A stretch of DNA of 64,000 nucleotides. It comes from an uncultured Chloroflexia bacterium. Its GTDB lineage: Bacteria > Chloroflexota > Limnocylindria > Limnocylindrales > CSP1-4. Positions 51,891 through 62,643 of this stretch are shown here, one piece after another. The position numbers and the translations under genes are program-made. The stretch lies in the NCBI GenBank assembly GCA_963746845.1, contig CAVVCZ010000004.1, positions 128,001 to 192,000 on the forward strand, given 5' to 3'. The stretch's first letter is position 1. Each line of letters begins with the position of its first letter. A model generated the notes under the pieces. That model was given only the letters and a program-made list of their open reading frames with translations. It did not search any database and was not told the DNA's origin.

Positions 51891-51979
51891 CGCCTCCGGG
51901 GAGCGCGAACGCGCTGAGAGTGTGGCTCGACCACAGACCCGCCGAACCTGATCTGGCTCGTACCAGCGAAGGAAGCAGG
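51891..51979 (+). ncRNA. TPP riboswitch
   Basis: GGGGAGC..GCTGAGAG..ACCC..GAACCTGATCTGGCTCGTACCAGCGAAGGAAG upstream of an NMT1-family gene. Confidence 0.93.
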
Positions 51980-52051
51980 CCCATGCGACTCGAAGCCGTC
52001 CCGGCATCCCCCGGGACGGTCGTTTCGTCTCTCGACCAGGAACGAGTCTGC

Positions 52052-53155
52052 ATGAAGCCCGTCCTCACCGTCCTTCTCGTGGTCGCGATCGTCGCCGGTT
52101 GCGGCAGCACCGCCACGCCGACGCCGCTGGCGAGCCCATCAGCCACCCCGCCGTCCTCGACCCTGCCATCCGCCGTCGTCTCGTCCAGCCCGCCCGCGTC
52201 ACCCTCCATGACCCCCTTCGCCGGCACGCCGACGACCGTCCGACTCGCGCTCGACTGGACCCCGAACACGGACCACACCGGCTTCTTCGTCGCCCGCCAC
52301 GAGGGCTGGTACCGCGACGCCGGGATCGACCTCCAGATCCTGCCATACGCGACCGCGACGCCGGAGACGCTGCTGGCCGCCCACCAGGCGGAGTGCGGGA
52401 TCAGCTTCCAGGACTCGATGACCTTCGCGGTCGCGGCGGGCGCGGACATCGTCAGCGTGGCCGCGATCCTCCAGAAGACCGCGTCCGCGATCGGGGTGCT
52501 CGCGAGCGGCCCGCTTCGGCGGCCGCGCGACCTGGATGGGAAGACCTATGCCGGCTTCGGCTATCCGAACGAGGTACCGACCCTGAAGTCCGTCATCAGG
52601 GCCGACGGGGGGACGGGCGACTTCACGGTCGCGACCCTTGACGCGGCGGCGTACCAGGCGCTCTACCAGAAGCGGGCGGACTTCACGATCCCGTTCACCG
52701 CCTGGGAAGGCGTTGAGGCGACCCAGGAGAACATCGACCTGCGCTACTTCCAGTTCGCGGATTACGGCTTCCCGGAGTTCTACCAGGTCGTCCTCGCCTG
52801 CGATCGGCAATGGCTCGAGAAGGATCCGGACGCCGCCCGGCGGTTCGTCGGCGCGTCCGTCCGCGGCTTCCAGTTCTCCGCCGACCACCCCAACGACGCC
52901 GCGGCGATGCTCGAGGCCGAGAACCCGGGGGCGTTCGACGCGAACCCGGACCTCCCGACGGCCAGCCAGGCCTTCCTGGCGAGCGGCGGCTACCTCGTCG
53001 ACGCGAACGGTGTCGCGGGGACCCAGACCCTCGAGCGCTGGACCGGCTACTCGGCGTTCCTGTTCGCCCAGAAGCTCCTGACCGACGCGAGCGGCAAGCC
53101 CGTGACGACCGCCCCGGACTACGCCCGGCTCTTCACGAACGACTTCCTGCCGTGA
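52052..53155 (+). CDS. thiY: NMT1/THI5 family substrate-binding lipoprotein (thiamine precursor uptake)
   Basis: Lipobox IVAGC; LDWTPNTDHTG; FTNDFLP; TPP riboswitch upstream. Confidence 0.82.
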   Translation: MKPVLTVLLVVAIVAGCGSTATPTPLASPSATPPSSTLPSAVVSSSPPASPSMTPFAGTPTTVRLALDWTPNTDHTGFFVARHEGWYRDAGIDLQILPYATATPETLLAAHQAECGISFQDSMTFAVAAGADIVSVAAILQKTASAIGVLASGPLRRPRDLDGKTYAGFGYPNEVPTLKSVIRADGGTGDFTVATLDAAAYQALYQKRADFTIPFTAWEGVEATQENIDLRYFQFADYGFPEFYQVVLACDRQWLEKDPDAARRFVGASVRGFQFSADHPNDAAAMLEAENPGAFDANPDLPTASQAFLASGGYLVDANGVAGTQTLERWTGYSAFLFAQKLLTDASGKPVTTAPDYARLFTNDFLP

Positions 53156-53958
53156 CGGTTGCCGGCGCGGACCGGCGACGGCGGCTCGTGCCACCGCTCG
53201 TCCTCGTCGGGCTGCTGCTGGTTGCGTGGGAGGTGTACGCGCGGACGTCCGGCGTCAGCCCGTTCGTCCTCCCGGCACCGAGCCAGGTGCTCGCCGCGCT
53301 CTGGGACTTCCGCGACCAGGCGATCCGCCATGCGATCCCGACGATCGTCGAGACCCTCGTCGGCTTCTCGATCTCGATCGCGGCCGCGACGGCCACCGCC
53401 GTCGCCCTCGACCGGGTCGCCTGGGTCCGCAGCGCCGTGGAGCCGCTCCTCGTCGGCTCCCAGACGATCCCGATCGTCGCGATCGCGCCGCTCGTCGTCG
53501 TGTGGTTCGGGTTCGGGCTGCTGCCGAAGGTGCTCGTCGTCGTCCTCGTCACGTTCTTCCCGATCACCGTCGCCCTGCTCGACGGGTTCGCGACGACCCC
53601 GCCCGACGCCACCGACCTCCTCCGCTCGGTCGGCGCTTCCCCGGGGCAGGTGTTCCGGAAGCTCCGCTGGCCATCGGGCCTGCCCGGCTTCTTCACGGGC
53701 CTCCGGATCTCGGCGAGCTACGCGGTCGTCGCCGCCGTCATCGGGGAGTACGTCGGCGCCACCGAGGGGCTCGGGATCTGGATGCAGCTCAGCCAGCGCT
53801 CGTTCCGGACGGACCTCGTCTTCGCCGCGGTGGTCCTCACGGCTGTCCTGAGCATCGCCCTGTATGGCCTCGTCGCCGTGGCCGAGCGAGCCGTGATCCC
53901 GTGGCACGCCACGTCCCGTGGGGCGCGCCAGTCGGAACGCAGGCCCGGACCGGCGTAA
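53152..53958 (+). CDS. thiX: ABC transporter permease (ThiX/SsuC type)
   Basis: LPAPSQV, QTIPIVAIAPL, FFTGLRI..AVIGEYVG; GTGA overlap. Confidence 0.8.
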   Translation: MTVAGADRRRRLVPPLVLVGLLLVAWEVYARTSGVSPFVLPAPSQVLAALWDFRDQAIRHAIPTIVETLVGFSISIAAATATAVALDRVAWVRSAVEPLLVGSQTIPIVAIAPLVVVWFGFGLLPKVLVVVLVTFFPITVALLDGFATTPPDATDLLRSVGASPGQVFRKLRWPSGLPGFFTGLRISASYAVVAAVIGEYVGATEGLGIWMQLSQRSFRTDLVFAAVVLTAVLSIALYGLVAVAERAVIPWHATSRGARQSERRPGPA

Positions 53959-54032
53959 CGTAGGCGGACATTCCGGACGGACGATCGCGCGCGGGCAGGG
54001 GTGGCCGCCCGGCGCGCAGAGGAGGCATCCCG

Positions 54033-55484
54033 ATGACCGACACGCTCGAGCGGGTCAAGACCTATCAGCAGCTCATCGGCGGCGACTTCGTCGACGCGGC
54101 ATCCGGCGAGACGCAGGAAGTCGTCAACCCGGCCAACGACCAGGTCATCGCGAACGTCCCGAAGAGCGCGTCGGAGGACGTCGATCGCGCGGTGAATGCC
54201 GCCGCGACCGCCTTCGAGACGTACCGGACGACCACGCCACAGGACCGCTCGCTGATGCTCCTGAAGCTCGCCGACCTCCTCGAGGCGAAGGGCGAGGAGC
54301 TCGGCCGGCTCGAGAGCCAGAACGCCGGCAAGCCGGTCGGTGCCGCAATCGACGAGATGGCCGTGTGCGCGGACCTGTTCCGGTTCTTCGCCGGGGCGGC
54401 GCGGGTGATGGACGGCCTGGCGGCAAACGAGTTCCTCGCCGGGCACACCTCGATCATCCGGCGCGACCCGATCGGCGTCGTCGCCTCGATCGCGCCCTGG
54501 AACTACCCGCTCTACATGGCGAGCTGGAAGCTGGGGCCGGCGCTCGCTACGGGCAACACCGTCGTCCTCAAGCCGTCGGCGCGGACGCCGCTCACCGCGC
54601 TCGCCTTCGGCGAGATCCTCGCCGAGGTGTTCCCGCCCGGCGTCGTCAACGTGCTGTCCGGGTCCGGCTCGGACATCGGCGATGCGCTCGTGGGCCACCC
54701 GAAGGTCCGGATGGTGTCGATCACCGGTGACACGGTCACCGGCAAGCGCGTCGCGAAGATCGCGGCGGACACCGTCAAGCGGCTCCACCTCGAGCTCGGC
54801 GGCAAGGCTCCCGTCATCATCTTCGACGACGCGGACCTCGACCTCGCGGCGGAGACCCTGAAGGCCGCTGGCTACTGGAACAGCGGCCAGGACTGCACCG
54901 CCGCCACCCGGGTCATCGCGGGGCCGGCCGTCTACGACTCCTTCGTCTCGAAGCTGTCCGACCAGGTCCGTTCGATCAAGTGGGGCGACCCGGCCGAGGC
55001 CGACGACCTCGACATGGGCTCGCTGATCGCCCACGCCCAGGTCGACAAGGTCGCGGGGATGGTCGATCGGGCCCGGGGGTCCGCAGAGGTCGTCGTCGGC
55101 GGGGTCAAGCCGGACCGGGCGGGCTCGTACTACGCGCCGACGGTCATCGCCGGCCCGGACCAGAAGTCCGAGATCATCCAGGACGAGATCTTCGGCCCGG
55201 TCGTCACGGTCCAGCGCTTCGCGGACGAGGGGCAGGCGGTGGCCTGGGCGAACGACACGCCGTACGGCCTCGCATCATCCGTGTTCACGTCGGACATCGG
55301 AAAGGCCATGCGGGTCGCCAAGGCGCTCGAGTTCGGGCACGTCTGGATCAACGAGCACTTCACGCTGGCGTCCGAGACGCCGCATGGCGGTGTGAAGCAG
55401 TCCGGCTACGGCAAGGACGGCAGCAAGTATGCGTTGGAGGATTACACCTTCATCAAACACGTGATGATCAACACCGGCGACTGA
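54033..55484 (+). CDS. Aldehyde dehydrogenase (gamma-aminobutyraldehyde dehydrogenase-like)
   Basis: [37 protein letters not shown]. Confidence 0.9.
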   Translation: MTDTLERVKTYQQLIGGDFVDAASGETQEVVNPANDQVIANVPKSASEDVDRAVNAAATAFETYRTTTPQDRSLMLLKLADLLEAKGEELGRLESQNAGKPVGAAIDEMAVCADLFRFFAGAARVMDGLAANEFLAGHTSIIRRDPIGVVASIAPWNYPLYMASWKLGPALATGNTVVLKPSARTPLTALAFGEILAEVFPPGVVNVLSGSGSDIGDALVGHPKVRMVSITGDTVTGKRVAKIAADTVKRLHLELGGKAPVIIFDDADLDLAAETLKAAGYWNSGQDCTAATRVIAGPAVYDSFVSKLSDQVRSIKWGDPAEADDLDMGSLIAHAQVDKVAGMVDRARGSAEVVVGGVKPDRAGSYYAPTVIAGPDQKSEIIQDEIFGPVVTVQRFADEGQAVAWANDTPYGLASSVFTSDIGKAMRVAKALEFGHVWINEHFTLASETPHGGVKQSGYGKDGSKYALEDYTFIKHVMINTGD

Positions 55485-55495
55485 GCCCCGCCGTC

Positions 55496-55624
55496 CGGCT
55501 GTCGCGCCTGGACGACGCTGGACTTCGTTGGCCGCTCCGCTCCGCGCTCACGGGCCTTCAGGCCCGCTCGCTTACGGTGCTCCCGGCCGCCTTGCCAGCC
55601 TCGCCCATCCGCGACGAACGCAGT
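55496..55624. repeat. ~128-bp structured intergenic repeat, copy 1
   Basis: Starts CGGCTGTCGCGCC, ends GCGACGAACGCAGT; long interrupted hairpin. Confidence 0.75.
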
Positions 55625-55874
55625 CGTCGTCCTGAGGGCGCTCCAAGCGCCGATTGCGCCTGGGGCACACGTCGAGCAGGCGCGAGCGGTTGACCGGCCA
55701 GATTGGCCCTGGATCCGGGCGGAATCAGCAGCTCTTGTGCACTCCGCGCACGGAACCGGCAACGCGGCTGAGAAGCGCGTCGGACGCAAGCACCCGGCGC
55801 AAGAGAGGGTGCTCGCGGCGGGGACCACGTATCGCACGTGTGCACCCGGTGCAAGGATCGGGTGCCCGCCGGCA

Positions 55875-56819
55875 TCAGGACCGAGCGGCCAGGGCGTCCC
55901 GGATCGCGCCGAGGGAGTCGATCGTTTCGAGGTCCCACGGCGAGCGGAAGATCACGATCGGGTGGCGGATGCCGACCGCCGCGTAGCCGGCGAGCGCAGC
56001 GGCGACCCGCTCGACCGGGCCGCCGACGAGCAGCCGGCCCTCGCCCTCGCGGGGGTGATGGGTCGCGACCCAGCCGGCCCACGCCCGCTCCGCCTCCTCC
56101 GCCGTCGGGCGGACGACGACGTTGAGGTTGACGCTGCGCTCGATCTCGTCCGGGTCGCGACCGATCGCCACGCACCGCTCGCGCAGGATCGCGTCGCTGG
56201 CGGCGATGCTCGACGGTGACCCGTAGGCGTTCCACAGGTCGGCGTGACGGGCGACGAGCGGCAGCGTCTTCGTCGGGCCGGAGCCGCCGATCAGGAGCGG
56301 GATCCGTGGCTGAACGGGCCGTGGCGCCGCGACGGCGTCGGTGAACGTGTAGAACCGGCCGGTGGCCGTGACACGCTCGCCGTCCAGCAGACGGCGGATC
56401 AGCGGCACCGCCTCCGCCAGTCGGTCCAGGCGCTCGCCGAACCCGCTCCCGAAGTCAATCCCGAACGCCCGGTGCTCGGCCTCGAACCAGCCGCCGCCGA
56501 GCCCGAGGATCGAGCGCCCGCCGCTGACGTGATCGACGGTGACCGCCAGCTTGGCCGTGAGCCCGGGGTTGCGGAGCGTGTTCGCGGCGACGAGGAGACC
56601 GACTCGGGCCCGATGCGTGACGGCGGCGACGGCCGACAGCGTCGCCCAGCCCTCGAGCTTGCCGTCGTCGGGATCGCCCTCGTCGGCCAGCAGATGGTCG
56701 TCGATCCAGAGGTCGTCGGCGCCCGCGGCCTCGGCCGCGAGGACGGCATCCCGGAGCGACGGCCAGTCGGTCCGCTGGACCCAGAACGCGGCACCGATCC
56801 GGATCGGGTGGCGGGGCAT
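55875..56819 (-). CDS. LLM class (probably F420-dependent) oxidoreductase
   Basis: LWIDDHL, RNPGLTAK, SGGRSILGLGGGWFE.EH, IGGSG. Confidence 0.9.
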   Translation of the reverse strand: MPRHPIRIGAAFWVQRTDWPSLRDAVLAAEAAGADDLWIDDHLLADEGDPDDGKLEGWATLSAVAAVTHRARVGLLVAANTLRNPGLTAKLAVTVDHVSGGRSILGLGGGWFEAEHRAFGIDFGSGFGERLDRLAEAVPLIRRLLDGERVTATGRFYTFTDAVAAPRPVQPRIPLLIGGSGPTKTLPLVARHADLWNAYGSPSSIAASDAILRERCVAIGRDPDEIERSVNLNVVVRPTAEEAERAWAGWVATHHPREGEGRLLVGGPVERVAAALAGYAAVGIRHPIVIFRSPWDLETIDSLGAIRDALAARS

Positions 56820-56825
56820 CGAGCG

Positions 56826-56835
56826 ATGGTACGCT
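56826..56835. promoter_or_regulatory. Overlapping divergent -10 boxes (TACCAT minus, TACGCT plus) for two leaderless genes
   Basis: Each hexamer lies 6-7 nt before a start codon in a 23-bp intergenic gap. Confidence 0.65.
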
Positions 56836-56842
56836 CGGCCCG

Positions 56843-57745
56843 ATGGCCTCCGCCCTGCCCGCCGACGCGCGTGCCGCCGTCCTCGCCTGGTACGACGCGA
56901 ACGGGCGATCGCTGGCCTTCCGGGCCAGCCGCGACCCCTGGGCGATCCTCGTGTCGGAGGTCATGGCTCAGCAGACCCAGATCGGGCGCGTCGTCGAGGC
57001 GTGGGAGCGGTTCATGGCTCGCTTCCCGACGGTGGACGCCCTCGCGGCGGCGTCCCCGGCCGATGTCCTCCGGGCCTGGCAGGGGATGGGCTACGACCGC
57101 CGGGCGCTGAACCTCCGCCGCGCCGCTCAGCGGATCCGGGACGAGCACGGCGGTCACGTCCCCGACGACATCGCCGCCCTCGAGCGGCTGCCGGGTGTCG
57201 GGCCGTACACCGCGCGCGCCGTCGCGTCGATCGCCTTCGGCCGGCCGGTCGGCGCCGTGGACACGAACGTCCGGCGGGTCCTGGAGCGAGCGCTTCTCGG
57301 GACGAAGACGCCACCCGGGGCCTCCTGGACTCAGGCTGCCGCGGATGCCTCGGTGGCTCCGGCCCGCCCCGGCGACTGGACGCATGCCGTCATGGACGTC
57401 GGAGCGACCCTCTGCCGGCCCGGGAGGCCGCGCTGCGGGGCGTGCCCACTCGAGGCGTGGTGCCGCTGGGCGCAGGCGGACGCGCGTGGCACGCCCCGGA
57501 TCATTCGAACCAGGCAGGCCCCGGCCGGCCCGGCGCCGTCGTTCGCCTCGACGACCCGCTGGCTCCGCGGCCGGATCGTCGATCGGCTCCGCGCGGCGGA
57601 CGACGGCGCGTGGACCACGCTCGACGGATCGATCGGCGACCACGACCCGGCGGCGGTCGCGCGTGCGCTTCAAGCGCTCGCGCGGGACGGCGTCGTGGAG
57701 CTCGATCCCGCCAACGGGCGACGCGCGCGTCTCGCCACGGCCTGA
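56843..57745 (+). CDS. mutY: A/G-specific adenine glycosylase
   Basis: VSEVMAQQT, LPGVGPYTA, VDTNVRRV, CRPGRPRCGACPL...C Fe-S motif. Confidence 0.9.
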   Translation: MASALPADARAAVLAWYDANGRSLAFRASRDPWAILVSEVMAQQTQIGRVVEAWERFMARFPTVDALAAASPADVLRAWQGMGYDRRALNLRRAAQRIRDEHGGHVPDDIAALERLPGVGPYTARAVASIAFGRPVGAVDTNVRRVLERALLGTKTPPGASWTQAAADASVAPARPGDWTHAVMDVGATLCRPGRPRCGACPLEAWCRWAQADARGTPRIIRTRQAPAGPAPSFASTTRWLRGRIVDRLRAADDGAWTTLDGSIGDHDPAAVARALQALARDGVVELDPANGRRARLATA

Positions 57746-57784
57746 GCGATCCGCCGCGGGGGGCATCCGCGCTACGCTTCGGCC

Positions 57785-58603
57785 GTGATGCCCACCGTCC
57801 CGAGAACCCGACCCGTGACCGCCGTTTCCGGCGAGCGCCTGCCCGCCGACGACCCGGAGCTGTTCGAGCTGGACCTGCGCGGCCTGCGGGCCCACTGGGC
57901 GGCGGCCGCCTCCCGGCCACCGATCGGGGCCGCGGCAATGACCGGCGCCGACCGCCGGGCGCAGGCCGTCGGCGTCACCGGGGAGTGGCTGATGGAGCAC
58001 GCCGGCGCCGCCGTCGCGGCCGCGGCGCACGCGCTCGCGCTCGACACCGACCGCTGGGGCCACGGACCGATCGTCATCCTGTGCGGACCCGGCAACAACG
58101 GCGGTGACGGCCTGGTCGCGGCCCGGCGCCTTGCGTCGGCCGGGGCGAAGGTGGTGGTCGCGCTCATCGCGACGGGGGCCCGCCCCTCGACCCCGGATGC
58201 CGCGCGGAACTGGGACCGCATTGTGCGCGACGAGCGGATCACGATCGTCCACGCCCCGGTCGCGCGCGACGTCCAGGTCCTCGGTCAGGGGATCGAGAAG
58301 GCGGCGATCGTCGTGGACGCGCTGCTCGGCACGGGGGTCAGTGGTCCGCTGCGCGAGCCGATCCGGTCGGCGGTCGACCTCGTCAACCGGGCCCGTGCGT
58401 CGCTTGTCCCGGTCCTCGCGGTCGACACGCCGACCGCGGTGGACCTCACCTCCGGCGACCCGTCCGACCCCGCCGTCCGGGCGGACCTGACGATCACCTT
58501 CCACCGGCCCAAGACCGGGCTCCTCACCCGGAACGGCAAGGCCCTCGCCGGCCGCGTCCTCGTCGCCCCGATCGGGATCCCCGCGGAGGCGGATCGTGCC
58601 TGA
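57785..58603 (+). CDS. nnrE: NAD(P)H-hydrate epimerase (stand-alone YjeF N domain)
   Basis: LMEHAG, CGPGNNGGDG, VDALLGTG, AVDTPT, TITFH..K.G. Confidence 0.88.
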   Translation: MMPTVPRTRPVTAVSGERLPADDPELFELDLRGLRAHWAAAASRPPIGAAAMTGADRRAQAVGVTGEWLMEHAGAAVAAAAHALALDTDRWGHGPIVILCGPGNNGGDGLVAARRLASAGAKVVVALIATGARPSTPDAARNWDRIVRDERITIVHAPVARDVQVLGQGIEKAAIVVDALLGTGVSGPLREPIRSAVDLVNRARASLVPVLAVDTPTAVDLTSGDPSDPAVRADLTITFHRPKTGLLTRNGKALAGRVLVAPIGIPAEADRA

Positions 58604-58823
58604 CGGTGGGGAGACACGTGCACCCGGACTGCGTGACGCGCTCTTGATCGGAGGGCTGATCGTCATCGTCGTCCTGGCCGCGGCGGTCGTCACGTTCCTG
58701 CTCCCGTCGGACGCGCAGGACGTCGTCTTCCGCACCCCGCTCCTGATCCTCGTCCTCATCGTGGGCACGGCCGGCGTCCTCTGGCGGATCACGCGTCCGG
58801 GGTCCGGCAGCGGAACTCGATGA
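58596..58823 (+). CDS. Small two-TM membrane protein
   Basis: Overlaps both neighbours; two hydrophobic helices. Confidence 0.65.
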   Translation: MPDGGETRAPGLRDALLIGGLIVIVVLAAAVVTFLLPSDAQDVVFRTPLLILVLIVGTAGVLWRITRPGSGSGTR

Positions 58824-60449
58824 CGGCGGAGCCCCTCGAGGGACGTCGACGCGACCTGGCCGCCCTGGCGAACGACCCGCTGGACGTCCTCGTGATCGGT
58901 GGTGGGATCGTCGGCGCGGGATCCGCGCTGGACGCCGCGACCCGTGGGCTTCGTGTCGGCCTCGTCGAGCAGGACGACATCGCGAGCGGGACATCGTCGC
59001 GCTCGTCGCGGTTGATCCACGGCGGACTGCGCTACCTGGAGCAGTACCGGTTCGGGCTCGTCCGTGAGGCGCTCCGCGAGCGGTCGCGGGTCCTCCACCT
59101 CGCCCCGCACCTCGTCACGATCCAGCCGCTGCTGTTCCCGCTCTTCGGCTGGCCCGTCGTGACCCGGGTCTTCTACCAGACCGGGATGACCCTGTACGAC
59201 GTCCTGGGTGCGCGGCACGACGGCGGCTGGCACCGCCACGTCTCGGTCCACGAGGTCCTCGCCCATGCCCCGCGGATGCGGAGAGAGGGCCTGCGCGGCG
59301 GCCTGATCTTCCATGACGGGATGGAGGACGACGCCCGGTACACCCTCAACGTCGCCCGGACCGCCCAGGCCGACGGGGCGACGGTCGTGACGCGGACGCG
59401 CGTCGGCGGGCTCGTCGAGGCGGCTGGACGGGTCGTCGGTGCGCGCATCCGGGACGTACTGGGCGGGGACGACCTCGAGGTCCGCGCGCGCGTCGTCATC
59501 GACGCGACCGGCGTGTGGGGCGCCGATCCGGCCTCGCCGCTCTCGGGCGGGACGCGCCTGCTCCCATCGCGGGGCGCGCACCTGGTCGTGGCGCGCGACC
59601 GGATCCCGAGCGATGTGGGCCTCACGATCCGCGTCCCGGGCAAGGTCGTGTTCTTCGTCCCGTGGCCGCACTTCTGGCTGATCGGCACGACGGACGCGCC
59701 GTACGACGGACCGATCGATCGCCCGACCGCCGGCCACGACGAGGTCGACGAGCTCCTCGCGGCAGTCAACCGGGTGCTCGATGTGGACCTGACGCGTGCC
59801 GACGTCGTCGGCACGTACGCCGGCCTCCGGCCGCTGATCGCCCCGTCCGGCGCCGAGGCGTCGACGATCCGGGCGTCGCGCGAGCACCGCGTCGTCGTGG
59901 AGCGCAACGGCCTCGTCCGCGTGAGCGGCGGCAAGTACACGACGTATCGCGCGATGGCCGAGCAGACCGTCGACGCCGCCCTGGGCGTCCTCGGCGAGCG
60001 TCCCGCGGATCGACCGACCGGGACGGTCACCCGCCGACTCGTCGGGGCGGCGGATCGCCCCGAGCTCGACGCGCTGGCCGCCGGTCTCGCGGCGGAGTCC
60101 GGGCTGGACCGCGCCGTCGCGGATCGCCTGGTGGCGCGCCACGGAACCGAGGCACCCGACGTCGTCGCGCTCGGTCGGGAGTGCGGGCTGCTCGGTCGGA
60201 TCGTGGACGGCGAGGAGTTCCTCGAGGCCGAGATCGCCTGGGCGGCGCGGCACGAGCTCGCCCTCTCGGTGGACGACGCACTGGCCCGCCGGACGCGCCT
60301 TGTTCAGGAGCTGCCGGATCGCGGCGCGGCGATCGCCCCGCGGGTCGCTGCGATCCTCGGGCGCGGAGCTCGGCTGGGACGATGCCCGACGAGCGACGGA
60401 GGTGTCGACCTACCTGGAACGGGCGTCGCGCGAGTTCGCGGTCGTGTGA
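58820..60449 (+). CDS. glpD: Glycerol-3-phosphate dehydrogenase (frameshift near 60360)
   Basis: IGGGIVG, GTSSRSSRLIHGGLRYL, AGLRPL, GGKYTTYR; natural tail AELGWD...REFAVV* ends at TGA 60447-60449. Confidence 0.9.
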
Positions 60450-61957
60450 TGGCGGCCGATCTGGTCCTCGCCCTCGACGAGGGGACGACGAGCGCCCGGT
60501 CGATCGTGTTCGATCGATCCGGGTCGATCGTCGCGTCGGCCCAGCGCGAGTTCGCGCAGCGCTTCCCGTCGCCGGGTGACGTCCGCCACGACCCGGAGGC
60601 GATCTGGGACGCGCAGCTGACCACGGCGCGGGAAGCGATCGCGGCCGCCGGCGGCGCGGAGCGGATCGCGGCGATCGGGGTCACGAACCAGCGCGAGACG
60701 ACGGTCGTCTGGGATCGCGCGACCGGTCGCCCGGTCGCCGACGCGATCGTGTGGCAGAGCCGGGTCACGGCGCGGTACTGCGAGACGCTCCGCGCGGCCG
60801 GCCACGAATCGCTCGTCCGCGAGCGGACCGGCCTGCCGATCGACGCCTACTTCAGTGGCCCGAAGATCCGCCAGATCCTGCTCGAGGACCCGACACTCCG
60901 ACCGCGCGCCGAGCGGGGCGAGCTCGCCGCGGGCACGGTGGAGTCGTTCCTGATCTGGCGGCTCACCGGTGGGCGGGTCCACGTGTCGGACGCGTCGAAC
61001 GCATCGCGGACGCTGCTGCTCGACATCCGGAGCGGGGCGTGGGACGACGAGCTGTGCGAGCTGATGGAGGTCCCGCGCGCGCTCCTGCCCGAGGTCCGGA
61101 GCTCGTCCGAGGTCTACGGCACGACCGACCCGGAGCTGTTCGGCCGGCCGATCCCGATCGCCGGCGCCGCCGGCGACCAGCAGGCGGCGACCTTCGGCCA
61201 GGCGTGCCTTGCCCCGGGCGAGGCAAAGGTGACGCTCGGGACCGGCGCCTTCCTGCTCGTCAACACCGGCACGACCGTCGTGCGCTCGGCCCACGGCCTC
61301 CTCTCGACGATCGCCTGGCGACTCGGGCCGGATGCGCCGATCACCCACGCCCTCGAGGGCTCGGTCTTCGTGACCGGCGCCGCGGTCCAGTGGCTTCGCG
61401 ACGGCCTCGGGCTGTTCGCGTCCTCGTCGGAGGTGGAGGGGCTGGCCGCGTCCGTCGCGGACAGCGGTGGGGTGGTCGTGGTCCCCGCGTTCGTGGGGCT
61501 GGGTGCGCCGTACTGGGATCCCGACGCACGCGGCGCGATCCTCGGGCTCACCCGCGGGAGCGCCGGCGCGCACCTGGCTCGCGCCACCCTCGAGTCGATC
61601 GCCTTCCAGGTCCGCGACGTCGTCGAGGCGATGGACGCCGACCTGGGCCGCCCGCTGTCGGAGCTCCGGATCGACGGTGGCGGTGCCGGGGACCTCGTCT
61701 GCGCGATGGTCGCCGACCAGGTCGATCGGCCGGTCGATCGGCCGGTCAACCGGGAGACGACGGCGTTCGGGGCGGCTGCGCTCGCGGGACTGGCCGTCGG
61801 CGTGTGGGGTGATCCGGTCGAGATCGCCTCGGTGCGCAGATCCGAGCGGCGGTTCGAGCCGGTCGTTTCGGCGGGTTCCGCGGCCCGCCGGGAGGCCGCC
61901 TATCGAGCGTGGCAGCGGGGCGTCGAGCGGGCCCGCGGCTGGGCCGCCGAGCCCTGA
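60449..61957 (+). CDS. glpK: Glycerol kinase
   Basis: LDEGTTS.R, TNQRETT, AIVWQ, YFSGPK, GDQQAA, GAPYWD; TGATG coupling to glpD. Confidence 0.93.
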   Translation: MAADLVLALDEGTTSARSIVFDRSGSIVASAQREFAQRFPSPGDVRHDPEAIWDAQLTTAREAIAAAGGAERIAAIGVTNQRETTVVWDRATGRPVADAIVWQSRVTARYCETLRAAGHESLVRERTGLPIDAYFSGPKIRQILLEDPTLRPRAERGELAAGTVESFLIWRLTGGRVHVSDASNASRTLLLDIRSGAWDDELCELMEVPRALLPEVRSSSEVYGTTDPELFGRPIPIAGAAGDQQAATFGQACLAPGEAKVTLGTGAFLLVNTGTTVVRSAHGLLSTIAWRLGPDAPITHALEGSVFVTGAAVQWLRDGLGLFASSSEVEGLAASVADSGGVVVVPAFVGLGAPYWDPDARGAILGLTRGSAGAHLARATLESIAFQVRDVVEAMDADLGRPLSELRIDGGGAGDLVCAMVADQVDRPVDRPVNRETTAFGAAALAGLAVGVWGDPVEIASVRRSERRFEPVVSAGSAARREAAYRAWQRGVERARGWAAEP

Positions 61958-62165
61958 TCGAACGCTCGGCGGCACGATCGGCCCGGATCGACGAAAATAC
62001 CCTCTGTACAAGTCCGTCGTCGGTCGTCTAGACTCCCGCGCGGAAGCGCCGTGGAAGCGTCCACGGCAAGAACAGACGTAGCTCGACGACGACTCGGACT
62101 CCTCTCACGGCTGACGCGAGAAAACCCGGAGGGATCGCGCGGCTACCGAGAGGAGTTTTCGTTTC

Positions 62166-62588
62166 GTGTACAACGACAAGAACCTGACCTGCGCAGACTG
62201 CGGCCAGGAGTTCGTGTTCACCGCGAGTGAGCAGGATTTCTACGCACAGCGTGGGTTCACCGAGCCGCGACGTTGCCCGTCGTGCCGCGCCAGCCGCAAG
62301 GCCGCGCGGAACGCGACCGGCGGCGGCGGGGCCGGAAGCAGCTATGGCAGCTACGGCGCCAGTGGCGGCTATTCGGCCGGTGGCAGCAGCTACGGTGGCA
62401 GCAGCAGCGGTGGATACAACGGCGGCGGCAGTGGCGGTGGGTACCGCGACCGCGGACCGCGCGAGATGTTCAGCGCCACCTGCTCCAGCTGCGGTCGCGA
62501 GGCCCAGGTCCCCTTCCGCCCGACCAGCGGCAAGCCCGTCTACTGCTCTGACTGCTTCCGCAGCCAGCGCGGCGGGAGCGCCTACTAG
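62166..62588 (+). CDS. Double zinc-ribbon protein (CxxC-x17-CxxC) with a Gly/Ser/Tyr-rich linker
   Basis: DKNLTCADCGQEFVFTASEQDFY..RGF..P.RCPSCR; CSSCG..AQVPFRP..KPVYCSDCF. Confidence 0.9.
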   Translation: MYNDKNLTCADCGQEFVFTASEQDFYAQRGFTEPRRCPSCRASRKAARNATGGGGAGSSYGSYGASGGYSAGGSSYGGSSSGGYNGGGSGGGYRDRGPREMFSATCSSCGREAQVPFRPTSGKPVYCSDCFRSQRGGSAY

Positions 62589-62643
62589 ACCCATCCTCTC
62601 GGTGCGGGCCTGCCCAGGGCCCGCCGAACCAGCCGTCGATTCC

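Noticed and set aside
58820-61957. Apparent 1045-aa GlpD-GlpK fusion
   Set aside because: Removing one G near 60360 restores a normal GlpD tail ending at a TGA that overlaps the glpK ATG (TGATG); most likely an indel artefact.
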